Positions 49,461-58,442 of a DNA stretch of 64,000 nt are shown here, one piece after another; position 1 is the stretch's first letter; each line of letters starts with the position of its first letter. Where the stretch lies: the NCBI GenBank assembly GCA_002869365.1, contig PKTA01000089.1, forward strand, positions 5,048 through 69,047, in the 5' to 3' direction. Source of the DNA: Marinilabiliales bacterium (lineage in GTDB: Bacteria > Bacteroidota > Bacteroidia > Bacteroidales > F082). Under the pieces are notes generated by a model. The model saw only the letters and a list, made by a program, of their open reading frames with translations. It made no database searches and was not told the DNA's origin. Both the position numbers and the translations under genes were made by a program.

Positions 49461-50804
49461 GTGGAAAGATATTTACAAATATTAAGTGTTTCTCTGGAGG
49501 CCGTTTTTGTTAACAAAACCCGGTCGATACTTACTGCGCTGGGAATAATTTTTGGTGTTGGTGCTGTAATCTCGATGATGGCAATTGGTAATGGTGCCCG
49601 ACAGGAAATACTGGAACAAATAAAACTTGTAGGGGTAAACAATATTGTTATTCTGCCCAAATCGGATGCCGACAATACAGAAGGTTCTGATGAAGAGGAA
49701 GGAAAAACCCTTAAGAAAAAGTTCTCACCTGGATTAAGTTTAAAGGATGCAGAAAATTTTTTAGCAGCAATCCCAACAATAGAAAAAGTAAGTTGTGAAG
49801 CTACCTATAAAACCCTGGCCGTTAGAAAAGGAAAAAAGTTAAGCGTAGAACTTTCCGGTGTGTCTCCTGAATTTTTTAGCCTCTTTAATCAAACACTAAA
49901 AAAAGGAGAATACTTTAATGAATGGCAGGTAAAAAAGGGTGATCCGGTTTGCATAATTGGCCCGGAAGTAGAAGCAAAACTTTTTGCAAAGGAAGATGCC
50001 ATAGGAAAGTATGTAAAAAGCGGTAATGTATGGCTTAAAGTTATCGGAGTTCTGGAAGGAGTTATCGTAAACGAGAAAGCCGAAGAAATGGGAATTAGCA
50101 ATTACAACCTCAATATTTTTACTCCCATAAAAACACTTCTGCTGCGCTATAAAGACAGATCGATAATAACTAAGGCTTCATTTGGAAGTACGCAAACATT
50201 TAGTATGGGAAACAATATCTCAATGTTTTCTCAGGATGGATCAGGTGGTGGAGAAACACAACTGGATAAAATTGTTGTTCAGGTTAAGGAGACAAATCAA
50301 CTGGCGCCAACTTCAAAAGTTATAAAACAAATTCTCGATCGCCGTCATAAAGGTGTTGATGATTACGAGATCAAAATTCCTGAATTATTATTAAAACAGG
50401 AACAAAAAACCAAAGATATTTTTAATATTGTTTTGGGAGCCATTGCAGGAATTTCCCTCATTGTAGGAGGAATTGGAATAATGAACATTATGCTGGCCTC
50501 CGTTATGGAACGCATCAGAGAAATAGGTGTGCGAAGGGCAACGGGAGCAACAAAAAAAGATATCGTATTTCAGTTTCTTGCAGAAGCAACATTTATTAGT
50601 GTTAGTGGAGGCCTTTTGGGAATATTATTAGGTGTAATAATTGCCAAAGTCATAACCATGACGACTGGAATTTTAACCATTGTTTCGTTTATGTCCATTG
50701 CTATCTCATTTGGTGTTGCAGCATCGGTGGGAATAGTTTTTGGATGGCTGCCTGCACGTAAAGCATCTGAACAAGACCCTGTAGAAAGTTTAAGACACGA
50801 CTAA
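49461..50804 (+). CDS. MacB/FtsX-type ABC transporter permease
   Basis: GTG start. N-terminal TM helix (KTRSILTALGIIFGVGAVISM), large periplasmic domain, and a C-terminal FtsX module (GGIGIMNIMLASVMERIREIGVRRATGA...PARKAS). Confidence 0.85.
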   Translation: MERYLQILSVSLEAVFVNKTRSILTALGIIFGVGAVISMMAIGNGARQEILEQIKLVGVNNIVILPKSDADNTEGSDEEEGKTLKKKFSPGLSLKDAENFLAAIPTIEKVSCEATYKTLAVRKGKKLSVELSGVSPEFFSLFNQTLKKGEYFNEWQVKKGDPVCIIGPEVEAKLFAKEDAIGKYVKSGNVWLKVIGVLEGVIVNEKAEEMGISNYNLNIFTPIKTLLLRYKDRSIITKASFGSTQTFSMGNNISMFSQDGSGGGETQLDKIVVQVKETNQLAPTSKVIKQILDRRHKGVDDYEIKIPELLLKQEQKTKDIFNIVLGAIAGISLIVGGIGIMNIMLASVMERIREIGVRRATGATKKDIVFQFLAEATFISVSGGLLGILLGVIIAKVITMTTGILTIVSFMSIAISFGVAASVGIVFGWLPARKASEQDPVESLRHD

Positions 50805-50832
50805 ATTAATCATAATCAAATTTATGGCATAA

Positions 50833-50866
50833 AAAAACCACAGAAATATTAATTCCTGTGGTTTTT
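50833..50866. terminator. bidirectional intrinsic terminator between the permease and the DHOD-like gene
   Basis: aaaaaccacag (50833..50843) pairs with ctgtggttttt (50856..50866). 12-nt loop. A/T runs on both sides. Confidence 0.75.
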
Positions 50867-50916
50867 GAAATTTATCCCTATAAGTAGCAGAAACTCTTTA
50901 AGGGTTTTAAATACTA

Positions 50917-51930
50917 TTATTTCATTGGATACTTCTTGAATATCTCACCCGATTTCATCAAAATATCAACATATTGCGCTCTTCTATAAGCAAATGGATC
51001 CTTGATATTTTTCTTCGACATATTACCTCTGAACTCCTCAAGATTTTTGTATTCACGATTAGCCATCCATATTTCCATATCTTCAAGCATTTTAGTTATT
51101 TGCTGTGGTCCGTGCTTGTAAATTGTACTAACAACCTCAACAACATTTGCTCCTGCAAGTATCATTTTAATAACATCTCCGCCAGTAAAAATGCCTCTGT
51201 TGGCACAAATATCAGCATTGATATTATCATATAATAGTCCGCTATATCTTAAAGGCAACCGGCTATCATGCTCAGTAGAAAGATTATAAGGGAAAGTCAT
51301 TTCTTCAGTTTCTATATTAATGTCGGGCTGGAAGAGTTTGTTAAATAAAACGAAACCATTGGTTCCTTTTTTATCCATTTCATTGATTACAAAAAGCGGA
51401 TTTGTATAAAAAGGACTTAGCTTAACACTAACAGGAATTTTTACTGCTTTTTTAACACCCTCAATAATATCCAGTTCCTCCTGAATAATGGATTTACCTT
51501 CCATTTCAAATTCCCTTGGATTATTATAGAAGTTGAGTTCCAATGCATCAGCACCGGCATCTTCAAGTTTTTTTGCCCATTCGTACCATATTTCATCGGT
51601 AACTGCATTTAAACTGGCTATAAGCGGAATACTAACTGCTTTTCTGGCTTCCTTAAAATTCATAAGAAATTCATCAGGACTTGCTTCATAAAGATCTGAC
51701 TGAAACATAGTAGTCATTTCACCATAACGATCATTATATTCATTTTGGATTTCATCCATTTCAAGGTTCTCCAACTGAATTTGCTCTTCGAATAATGACT
51801 TATATACAATGGCAGATGCACCTGCTGCTTCCAACTTCTTTAACATCTCTATATCAGCAACTAAATTGCTGGCTCCCACAATGATAGGATTTTTAAGTTC
51901 TAATCCCAGATATTTTGTCTTTAGATCCAT
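50917..51930 (-). CDS. dihydroorotate dehydrogenase-like FMN TIM-barrel protein lacking the canonical catalytic Cys/Ser
   Basis: 337 aa. DHOD/DPD-family landmarks: GLELKNPIIVGAS, VKLSPF and GGDVIKMILAGANVVEV. However, the active-site loop reads ELNFYNNP (51517..51540) where class 1 enzymes have xLNLSCPN. Confidence 0.7.
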   Translation of the reverse strand: MDLKTKYLGLELKNPIIVGASNLVADIEMLKKLEAAGASAIVYKSLFEEQIQLENLEMDEIQNEYNDRYGEMTTMFQSDLYEASPDEFLMNFKEARKAVSIPLIASLNAVTDEIWYEWAKKLEDAGADALELNFYNNPREFEMEGKSIIQEELDIIEGVKKAVKIPVSVKLSPFYTNPLFVINEMDKKGTNGFVLFNKLFQPDINIETEEMTFPYNLSTEHDSRLPLRYSGLLYDNINADICANRGIFTGGDVIKMILAGANVVEVVSTIYKHGPQQITKMLEDMEIWMANREYKNLEEFRGNMSKKNIKDPFAYRRAQYVDILMKSGEIFKKYPMK

Positions 51931-52071
51931 GATATTTTTATTTGTTAATTTGGCTGTAAAATTACTATAAAAACCCTTAATTTGAAACTATTCAGAATTT
52001 ATAATCAATTTAAATTAATGATTCTGCTATTTATTTAACAAAAGGTGTATATGTTTTTGCCTCAAAAAGGG

Positions 52072-52079
52072 TATTTTTG
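52072..52079 (+). promoter_or_regulatory. -7 box TATTTTTG upstream of nifJ
   Basis: Exact match, 56 nt before the ATG at 52136. Confidence 0.45.
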
Positions 52080-52135
52080 CACAACCTAATTTCAGATTAG
52101 GTAAACAGTACTAATCAATTCAAAATAACTTGATT

Positions 52136-55100
52136 ATGAGCAATAAAAAAAAGTTTATAACATGTGATGGAAACTATGCTGCAGCCCACGTTGCGTATAT
52201 GTTTAGTGAAGTAGCAGCAATTTATCCCATCACTCCTTCATCTACTATGGCCGAATATGTTGATGAATGGTCATCATTTGGCAGAAAAAATATTTTTGGT
52301 GAGCAGGTAAAAGTTGTAGAGATGCAGTCGGAAGGTGGAGCAGCAGGAGCTGTTCACGGTTCTTTACAGTCGGGAGCGCTAACAACTACCTTTACTGCCT
52401 CACAAGGTTTATTATTGATGATTCCGAATATGTATAAAATATCAGGAGAACTTCTTCCTGCCGTTTTCCACGTAAGCGCACGTAGTTTAGCCTCACAAGC
52501 GCTTTCAATTTTCGGAGATCATAGTGATGTAATGAGTACACGTCATACAGGATTTGCAATTCTTGCAACAGGAAGTGTTCAGGAAATTATGGATATAGCC
52601 CCTATTTCACATATGGTAAGCCTCCGTTCCAGAATACCTTTCTTACATATGTTTGACGGTTTCCGTACTTCTCACGAAATTCAAAAAGTAGAATATTTCG
52701 AGCATCAGGATTTGGAACACTTATTCCCATGGGATGATGTTCAGAAATTCCGCGATAACGCACTAAATCCTGAGCACCCTGTAACAAGAGGTACAGCTCA
52801 GAATCCGGATATATATTTCCAGGCACGAGAAGCCTCCAACCGTTTCTACGAGCCAATTCCTGATTTGGTTGAAGAGTATATGCAGGAGATTAAAAAACTT
52901 ACAGGTCGCGAATACCATCCTTTTACTTATTATGGTGCTAAAGATGCTGAAAACATTGTTATTGCAATGGGTTCGGTAACAGAAACTATTCGTGAAACTG
53001 TAGATTATCTTAATAAAAATGGAGAAAAAGTAGGACTTGTTACAGTTCATCTTTATCGCCCATTCTCAGAAAAATATTTCATGAAGGTTATGCCAAAAAC
53101 AGTTAAAAGAATTGCTGTTTTAGACCGTACCAAAGAACCAGGTGCAAATGGCGAACCTCTTTATCTTGATGTAAAAGATATTTTCTATTCAAAAGAAAAT
53201 AAACCATTAATAGTAGGTGGTCGTTATGGCTTAAGTTCAAAAGATACTACTCCTGCTCAAATTATATCAGTTTTTGAAAACCTTAAACTAAGTGAACCTA
53301 AAAATGGTTTCACCGTTGGTATTCTTGATGATGTTACTTTCAAATCATTACCATTATTACCTGAAGTTAGCATTTCCGACAAAGGTACTTTTGAAGCAAA
53401 GTTTTATGGTTTAGGTGCTGATGGTACTGTTGGAGCAAACAAAAACTCCATTAAAATTATTGGTGAATCAACCGACAAATATGCTCAGGCTTATTTTGCT
53501 TACGACTCAAAAAAATCGGGTGGTATAACTGTTTCTCACCTTCGTTTTGGTGATAAACCAATACGTTCTACATATCTTGTGGGAACTCCTGATTTTGTTG
53601 CTTGTCATGTTCCTGCTTACCTTACTAAATACGACATGCTTAAGGGCATGAAAAAAGGTGGCACTTTCCTACTTAACAGTATTTGGGATGAGGAAGAAAC
53701 AAAACGTCGTTTACCTGACCATATGAAGAAGTTTATGGCCGATAATGATATTAAATTCTATACCATAAACGCAACCAAAGAGGCTGTTGAAATTGGTCTT
53801 GGAAACAGAACCAATACAATTATGCAGGCTGCTTTCTTTAAAGTTGCTGAGGTTATTCCTTATGAAGATGCTGAGGAGCAGATGAAACTATTCATTAAGA
53901 AAACTTATGGTAATAAAGGAGAAGAAATAGTTAATATGAACTTTGCTGCAGTTGATAAGGGTGGTAATGTAACACAAATTGAAGTTCCTGCAGAATGGTC
54001 AAAATTGGATGGTGAAATAAAAAAAGAAGATAATTCTAATCTACCTGCCTTTATAAAAGATGTTGTTCGTCCTATAGAAGCCCTTAAAGGTGACGATTTA
54101 CCTGTTAGTGCATTCTTGGGCAGAGAAGACGGTTCTTTCCCTCCCGGCACTGCAGCCTTCGAAAAAAGAGGAATTGCAGTTGATGTTCCAGAATGGCAAC
54201 CCGACAACTGTATACAGTGTAACCAATGTGCTTATGTTTGTCCTCACGCTGTTATCAGACCATTCCTCGTTGACGAAAATGAAGAGAAAGTTCTTCCTGA
54301 AGGTGTTAAACTGATTGACGCCAAAGGAAAACAAAAAGGTTATAAATATCGTATCCAGGTTAGTGTTTTAGACTGTACAGGTTGTGGTAGTTGTGCTGTT
54401 GTTTGTCCATCAAAAGAGAAGTCATTAATTATGAAACCTCTCGACACTCAAATGACAGAAACTGAGAACTGGGATCACCTTATTAAGAATATCTCCTTTA
54501 AGAAGGATGTTGTTGATAAATTTGCATCTTTCAAAGACGCTCAGTTTGCTCCAAGTTTATTTGAATTCTCAGGTGCTTGTGCCGGTTGTGGTGAAACACC
54601 TTATATTCAAGCCGTTACTACCCTTTATGGTGAGAGAATGATGATTGCTAATGCAACAGGTTGTTCCTCAATTTATGGTGGTAGCGCTCCTGCAACACCT
54701 TATACTACAAATGCAGAAGGAAAAGGTCCTGCATGGGCTAACTCCTTATTTGAAGATAATGCTGAGTACGGTTTAGGTATGTCTACAGGTGTACGCCAAA
54801 TGCGCGACAGAATCGAAAGATTGATGAAAGAATCGCTAGCAAATGGCATTGATGCTGAAAGAAAATCCGCATTCGAAAAATGGATAGAGACTAAAGAACT
54901 TGGAGAAGCGTCAATCGAAGCCTCTAAAACACTTAGTGCAGTTCTAAAAGGAAAAACTGATCCTATTGCCAAACAACTCCTTGGCCTGGAACAATACTTT
55001 ATTAAGAAGTCGGTATGGATATTTGGTGGCGACGGATGGGCCTACGACATTGGATATGGCGGACTCGACCACGTTATGGCTTCCGGCGAAGATGTGAATG

Positions 55101-55672
55101 TTCTGGTTATGGATACTGAGGTTTATTCAAATACCGGTGGACAGGCTTCCAAAGCAAGTCCTACAAGTGCTGTGGCAAAATTTGCGACTTCCGGAAAAGA
55201 GGTTAAAAAGAAAGACCTTGGAGCAATTACCATGACTTATGGTTATGTATATGTTGCACAGGTTGCCATGGGTGGAAATATGGCTCAATACTTTAAAGCC
55301 GTAAAAGAAGCCGAGGCATTCCCAGGACCTTCATTGATAATAGCATACTCCCCATGTATTGCTCATGGATTGAGAAATACTATGAAAGAATCGCAAGCAG
55401 AGGAGAAATTTGCTGTTCAGTCAGGATACTGGCAATTATTCCGTTACAATCCTCTATTGGAATTAGAAGGAAAGAATCCTTTCCAACTGGATTCAAAAGA
55501 GCCTGATTGGAGTAAATACCAAACCTTCCTTGATATGGAGGTTCGTTTCTTAACACTTAAGAAATCATTCCCTGAAAGAGCAAAACAACTTCAGGAATTG
55601 GCTCTTAAAAATGCTAAATGGCGTTATAACTATTATAAACGCCTTACCGAAATGGATTTTACAGAACATTAA
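52136..55672 (+). CDS. nifJ: pyruvate:ferredoxin (flavodoxin) oxidoreductase
   Basis: About 1178 aa. Two ferredoxin-type clusters, CIQCNQCAYVCPH and CTGCGSCAVVCPS. TPP motif GGDGWAYDIGYGGLDH. The ORF-track start at 52130 is a TTG; the ATG at 52136 (MSNKKKFITCDGN) is preferred. Confidence 0.96.
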   Translation: MSNKKKFITCDGNYAAAHVAYMFSEVAAIYPITPSSTMAEYVDEWSSFGRKNIFGEQVKVVEMQSEGGAAGAVHGSLQSGALTTTFTASQGLLLMIPNMYKISGELLPAVFHVSARSLASQALSIFGDHSDVMSTRHTGFAILATGSVQEIMDIAPISHMVSLRSRIPFLHMFDGFRTSHEIQKVEYFEHQDLEHLFPWDDVQKFRDNALNPEHPVTRGTAQNPDIYFQAREASNRFYEPIPDLVEEYMQEIKKLTGREYHPFTYYGAKDAENIVIAMGSVTETIRETVDYLNKNGEKVGLVTVHLYRPFSEKYFMKVMPKTVKRIAVLDRTKEPGANGEPLYLDVKDIFYSKENKPLIVGGRYGLSSKDTTPAQIISVFENLKLSEPKNGFTVGILDDVTFKSLPLLPEVSISDKGTFEAKFYGLGADGTVGANKNSIKIIGESTDKYAQAYFAYDSKKSGGITVSHLRFGDKPIRSTYLVGTPDFVACHVPAYLTKYDMLKGMKKGGTFLLNSIWDEEETKRRLPDHMKKFMADNDIKFYTINATKEAVEIGLGNRTNTIMQAAFFKVAEVIPYEDAEEQMKLFIKKTYGNKGEEIVNMNFAAVDKGGNVTQIEVPAEWSKLDGEIKKEDNSNLPAFIKDVVRPIEALKGDDLPVSAFLGREDGSFPPGTAAFEKRGIAVDVPEWQPDNCIQCNQCAYVCPHAVIRPFLVDENEEKVLPEGVKLIDAKGKQKGYKYRIQVSVLDCTGCGSCAVVCPSKEKSLIMKPLDTQMTETENWDHLIKNISFKKDVVDKFASFKDAQFAPSLFEFSGACAGCGETPYIQAVTTLYGERMMIANATGCSSIYGGSAPATPYTTNAEGKGPAWANSLFEDNAEYGLGMSTGVRQMRDRIERLMKESLANGIDAERKSAFEKWIETKELGEASIEASKTLSAVLKGKTDPIAKQLLGLEQYFIKKSVWIFGGDGWAYDIGYGGLDHVMASGEDVNVLVMDTEVYSNTGGQASKASPTSAVAKFATSGKEVKKKDLGAITMTYGYVYVAQVAMGGNMAQYFKAVKEAEAFPGPSLIIAYSPCIAHGLRNTMKESQAEEKFAVQSGYWQLFRYNPLLELEGKNPFQLDSKEPDWSKYQTFLDMEVRFLTLKKSFPERAKQLQELALKNAKWRYNYYKRLTEMDFTEH

Positions 55673-55691
55673 TAGTTCTGAACCAAATATT

Positions 55692-55724
55692 AAAGCCATC
55701 TTGATTTTTCAAGGTGGCTTTTTT
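55692..55724 (+). terminator. intrinsic terminator after nifJ
   Basis: aaagccatcttg (55692..55703) pairs with caaggtggcttt (55710..55721), 12 bp with one G-U. 6-nt loop, followed by a T-run. Confidence 0.75.
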
Positions 55725-55804
55725 GTATTTTAGTAAATTCGTTAACAGTATTTAAGGAGGTTCAAATACCAAAACTAATTGTTAAGCGTTCCTCATTTTT
55801 GGTT

Positions 55805-58087
55805 ATGAAAAGAACAATGCAAATAAAACGAATCATCAAAATTTCTTTAACTACTATTATTGTAGCTTTTATTCTAATGGCGGCTTTTTTTACCTCAGTA
55901 TTTATTGGAGTTTTCGGCCCTCTTCCCAATAAAACTGAACTGGGTAAAATCACCAATGAGGAAGCTTCACTGGTTTTATCTTCTGATGGCACATTAATAG
56001 GTAAGTATTTCGCTGAAAACAGAACAAACATAAAATGGGATGATCTGCCTGTGCATCTTGTAAATGCTCTGATAGCAACCGAAGATAAACGCTTTTTCGA
56101 GCATAACGGTATCGACAGCAGAAGTTATTTCAGAGTTTTTTTCAGGACTATACTGATGGGCGACAGAAGCTCAGGTGGAGGAAGTACCATAACACAACAA
56201 TTGGTTAAAAACCTCTATGGCAGGAAATATCATAGTATACTTTCCATGCCTGTTAGTAAGTTAAAAGAGGCAATTATAGCAAGTAGAATGGAAGATGTTT
56301 TTAGTAAAAACGACATTATTCTACTTTATTTAAATTCTGTTCCTTTTGGAGAAGAAGTTTATGGTGTGGAAGCAGCAGCAAAACGATATTTTGATAAGAG
56401 CGCCAGAGAGCTTAATGTTCAGGAGTCGGCTACATTGGTAGGAATGCTTAAAGCCAATTCATATTATAATCCACGGTTAAATCCAGGCCATGCACTAAAA
56501 AGAAGAAATCAGGTTCTGGAATTAATGAAACAACAGGCCTATTTATCAGAGCAGCAATCCGATAGCCTGAAAAACACCAAAGTAGCAGTTAAATACACCA
56601 ACTATAAACTCGATTCTCAAACAGCATATTTTGTTTATCAGGTTAAGAAAAGAGCCACAAATATTATAGATAAAATAAACAAAACAGATGATAATCCTTA
56701 TAATATTGATAAAGATGGTTTAAGAATTTACACCACACTCGATATCGATTTACAAACAATCGCCAATGCCTCTGCCAACAAGCAAATAAAAAAGATGCAG
56801 GCTTTGCTCGACAAGCAACTTAAATACAGAAACTTTAAAAGCAGGTGGTTGAAAAATGACCATAAAAATATTGCAAATGATGATAAGTGGAAAGAAGTAG
56901 ATAAGCGTGAAGTTTTTACTACTGAGGGAATGGAAACTCTCGAAATAAGCAAAATAGACAGCCTTTGGCATTATTATAAAATGCTCAACGCTTCTGTTTT
57001 AGCAATCAACCCTAAAAATGCTTCTGTATTAGTTTGGAGGGGTGGAAATAACTTCAGATATCTGCCTTACGATTTGGTTATGGCAAAACGTCAGATGGCG
57101 TCAACAATTAAGCCTTTTATTTATGCTGCTGCTTTGGAAAATGGTTCTACTCCCTGCGATTATCTCGATAATTACCAAAAAGAATATGAAGGTTATGAGG
57201 ATTGGAAACCTGAAAATTATGATCATAGCAGTGACGAGGATATTCAGGTAGCAATGTGGTATGCCCTCTCCCACTCCATGAACCTGCCAACAGTTGATAT
57301 GTATTTTAATACAGGTCATAAAAATGTAGCCGATTTATGCAGAAGAGTTGGTTTAGATGCTCCTTTTGAAGAAACACCTGCCATGGCCCTCGGAACCATT
57401 GACGCTTCACTTTACGAAATAGTAAAAGCTTATAGCACATTTGCCAATGATGGTTATTTGCCCAATGATCTGGTGATGATAGAGAAAATTACTGATGCCG
57501 ATCATAATATCATTTACTCAAATAAAGATGTTCTGATGGAAAAAGTCATTTCACCGGAAGTCTGTGAACAGATTACAAATATGCTTACCATGGCTATAAA
57601 CCAGGGTACAGGAACGAAAATAAGAAACACTTACCGAATTAATGCAAACCTTGCCGGGAAAACAGGTACGGCACAAAATTATAGCGATGCATGGTTTTTA
57701 TCATACACACCTGATATTGTAATAGGAACATGGGTTGGTGCCAGTTCACCAAAACTTCATTTTAGCGGAGGCCTGGGAAGTGGCTCATCATTGGCACTGC
57801 CAATTTCCGGAAATTTGATTTCTGAAATTGAAAAAAAATCTGACTTAAGAAATAAGTATTTAAGTGATTTTAATTTACCCCTGGAAATAAAGGAAGCAAC
57901 AGATTGTGATGCTTACAGAGAAAAAGGTTTTTTTGGAGCCATGAAACGGCTGTTTAATGAAACTACTAAAATGAGCAACGACAGCACTTATAAGAACAAA
58001 CAGGAGAAAGTTGATACGGAGAAAAAAAGTGGATTAAAGAAGTTTTTCAATAATCTGTTCAAAAGAAAAGATAAGAAAAACAAATAG
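55805..58087 (+). CDS. class A penicillin-binding protein (transglycosylase/transpeptidase)
   Basis: GT51 motifs EDKRFFEHNGID and GGSTITQQLVKN. Transpeptidase motifs STIKPF (SxxK), SMN and KTGT. The ORF-track start at 55799 is a TTG. The ATG at 55805 is preferred, but an ATG at 55817 is also possible. Confidence 0.9.
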   Translation: MKRTMQIKRIIKISLTTIIVAFILMAAFFTSVFIGVFGPLPNKTELGKITNEEASLVLSSDGTLIGKYFAENRTNIKWDDLPVHLVNALIATEDKRFFEHNGIDSRSYFRVFFRTILMGDRSSGGGSTITQQLVKNLYGRKYHSILSMPVSKLKEAIIASRMEDVFSKNDIILLYLNSVPFGEEVYGVEAAAKRYFDKSARELNVQESATLVGMLKANSYYNPRLNPGHALKRRNQVLELMKQQAYLSEQQSDSLKNTKVAVKYTNYKLDSQTAYFVYQVKKRATNIIDKINKTDDNPYNIDKDGLRIYTTLDIDLQTIANASANKQIKKMQALLDKQLKYRNFKSRWLKNDHKNIANDDKWKEVDKREVFTTEGMETLEISKIDSLWHYYKMLNASVLAINPKNASVLVWRGGNNFRYLPYDLVMAKRQMASTIKPFIYAAALENGSTPCDYLDNYQKEYEGYEDWKPENYDHSSDEDIQVAMWYALSHSMNLPTVDMYFNTGHKNVADLCRRVGLDAPFEETPAMALGTIDASLYEIVKAYSTFANDGYLPNDLVMIEKITDADHNIIYSNKDVLMEKVISPEVCEQITNMLTMAINQGTGTKIRNTYRINANLAGKTGTAQNYSDAWFLSYTPDIVIGTWVGASSPKLHFSGGLGSGSSLALPISGNLISEIEKKSDLRNKYLSDFNLPLEIKEATDCDAYREKGFFGAMKRLFNETTKMSNDSTYKNKQEKVDTEKKSGLKKFFNNLFKRKDKKNK

Positions 58088-58440
58088 TCAATATGTATCA
58101 CGTAGGGGATTTCTCGTCGTCGTTCCTCCTCCAGCGAAATGACAACAATGCTATTTTTATTGACTTTCATTGCCAATGTCATTTCTATCGAAAGTTTGAA
58201 ATGGAATGGAAAACTTTTGGAGAAATCTCCTAACGATAAGGGGATTTATTCCGTCGAGTGATAGATTTCTCCTCCTTCGAGACAACAATAGCAATCTCTA
58301 TGTTATCCAGCAACATAATACGACAACATTCCTCCAAAATTTTTTTCATTATTCACTTTCCAAAACTCCATTACTCCATCAACAATTTATAACTCACAAC
58401 TTATAACTACAGATTAAGCACTAAATTCCCTAAATTTGCT
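58088..58440 (+). other. non-coding tract with an internal imperfect direct repeat and a C-rich, G-poor 3' half
   Basis: Imperfect ~50-nt direct repeat (58105..58152 and 58240..58292, both starting ggggattt). 10-bp inverted repeat ggagaaatct (58219..58228) / agatttctcc (58263..58272). In 58281..58440, about 41 C against 8 G by hand count. Shares a 12-mer (58109..58120) and a 13-mer (58389..58401) with 40745..41040. Confidence 0.5.
58431..58438 (+). promoter_or_regulatory. -7 box TAAATTTG, 4 nt upstream of the mutS2 ATG
   Basis: Exact match. Spacer ctcc, then the ATG at 58443. Confidence 0.45.
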
Positions 58441-58442
58441 CC

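Noticed and set aside
55754-55760. A perfect Shine-Dalgarno-like aaggagg upstream of the PBP1A gene
   Set aside because: No ATG, GTG or TTG lies 5-10 nt downstream in an open frame. It is about 45 nt from the PBP start, and this lineage does not generally use SD-led initiation.
57988-58406. ORFs 57988..58182 (-) and 58206..58406 (+) in the PBP1A-mutS2 gap
   Set aside because: They read through repeat and low-complexity sequence (for example LEEERRREIP from the ggggatttctcgtcg repeat), have no -7 box at a suitable distance and no motif. They are treated as non-coding.
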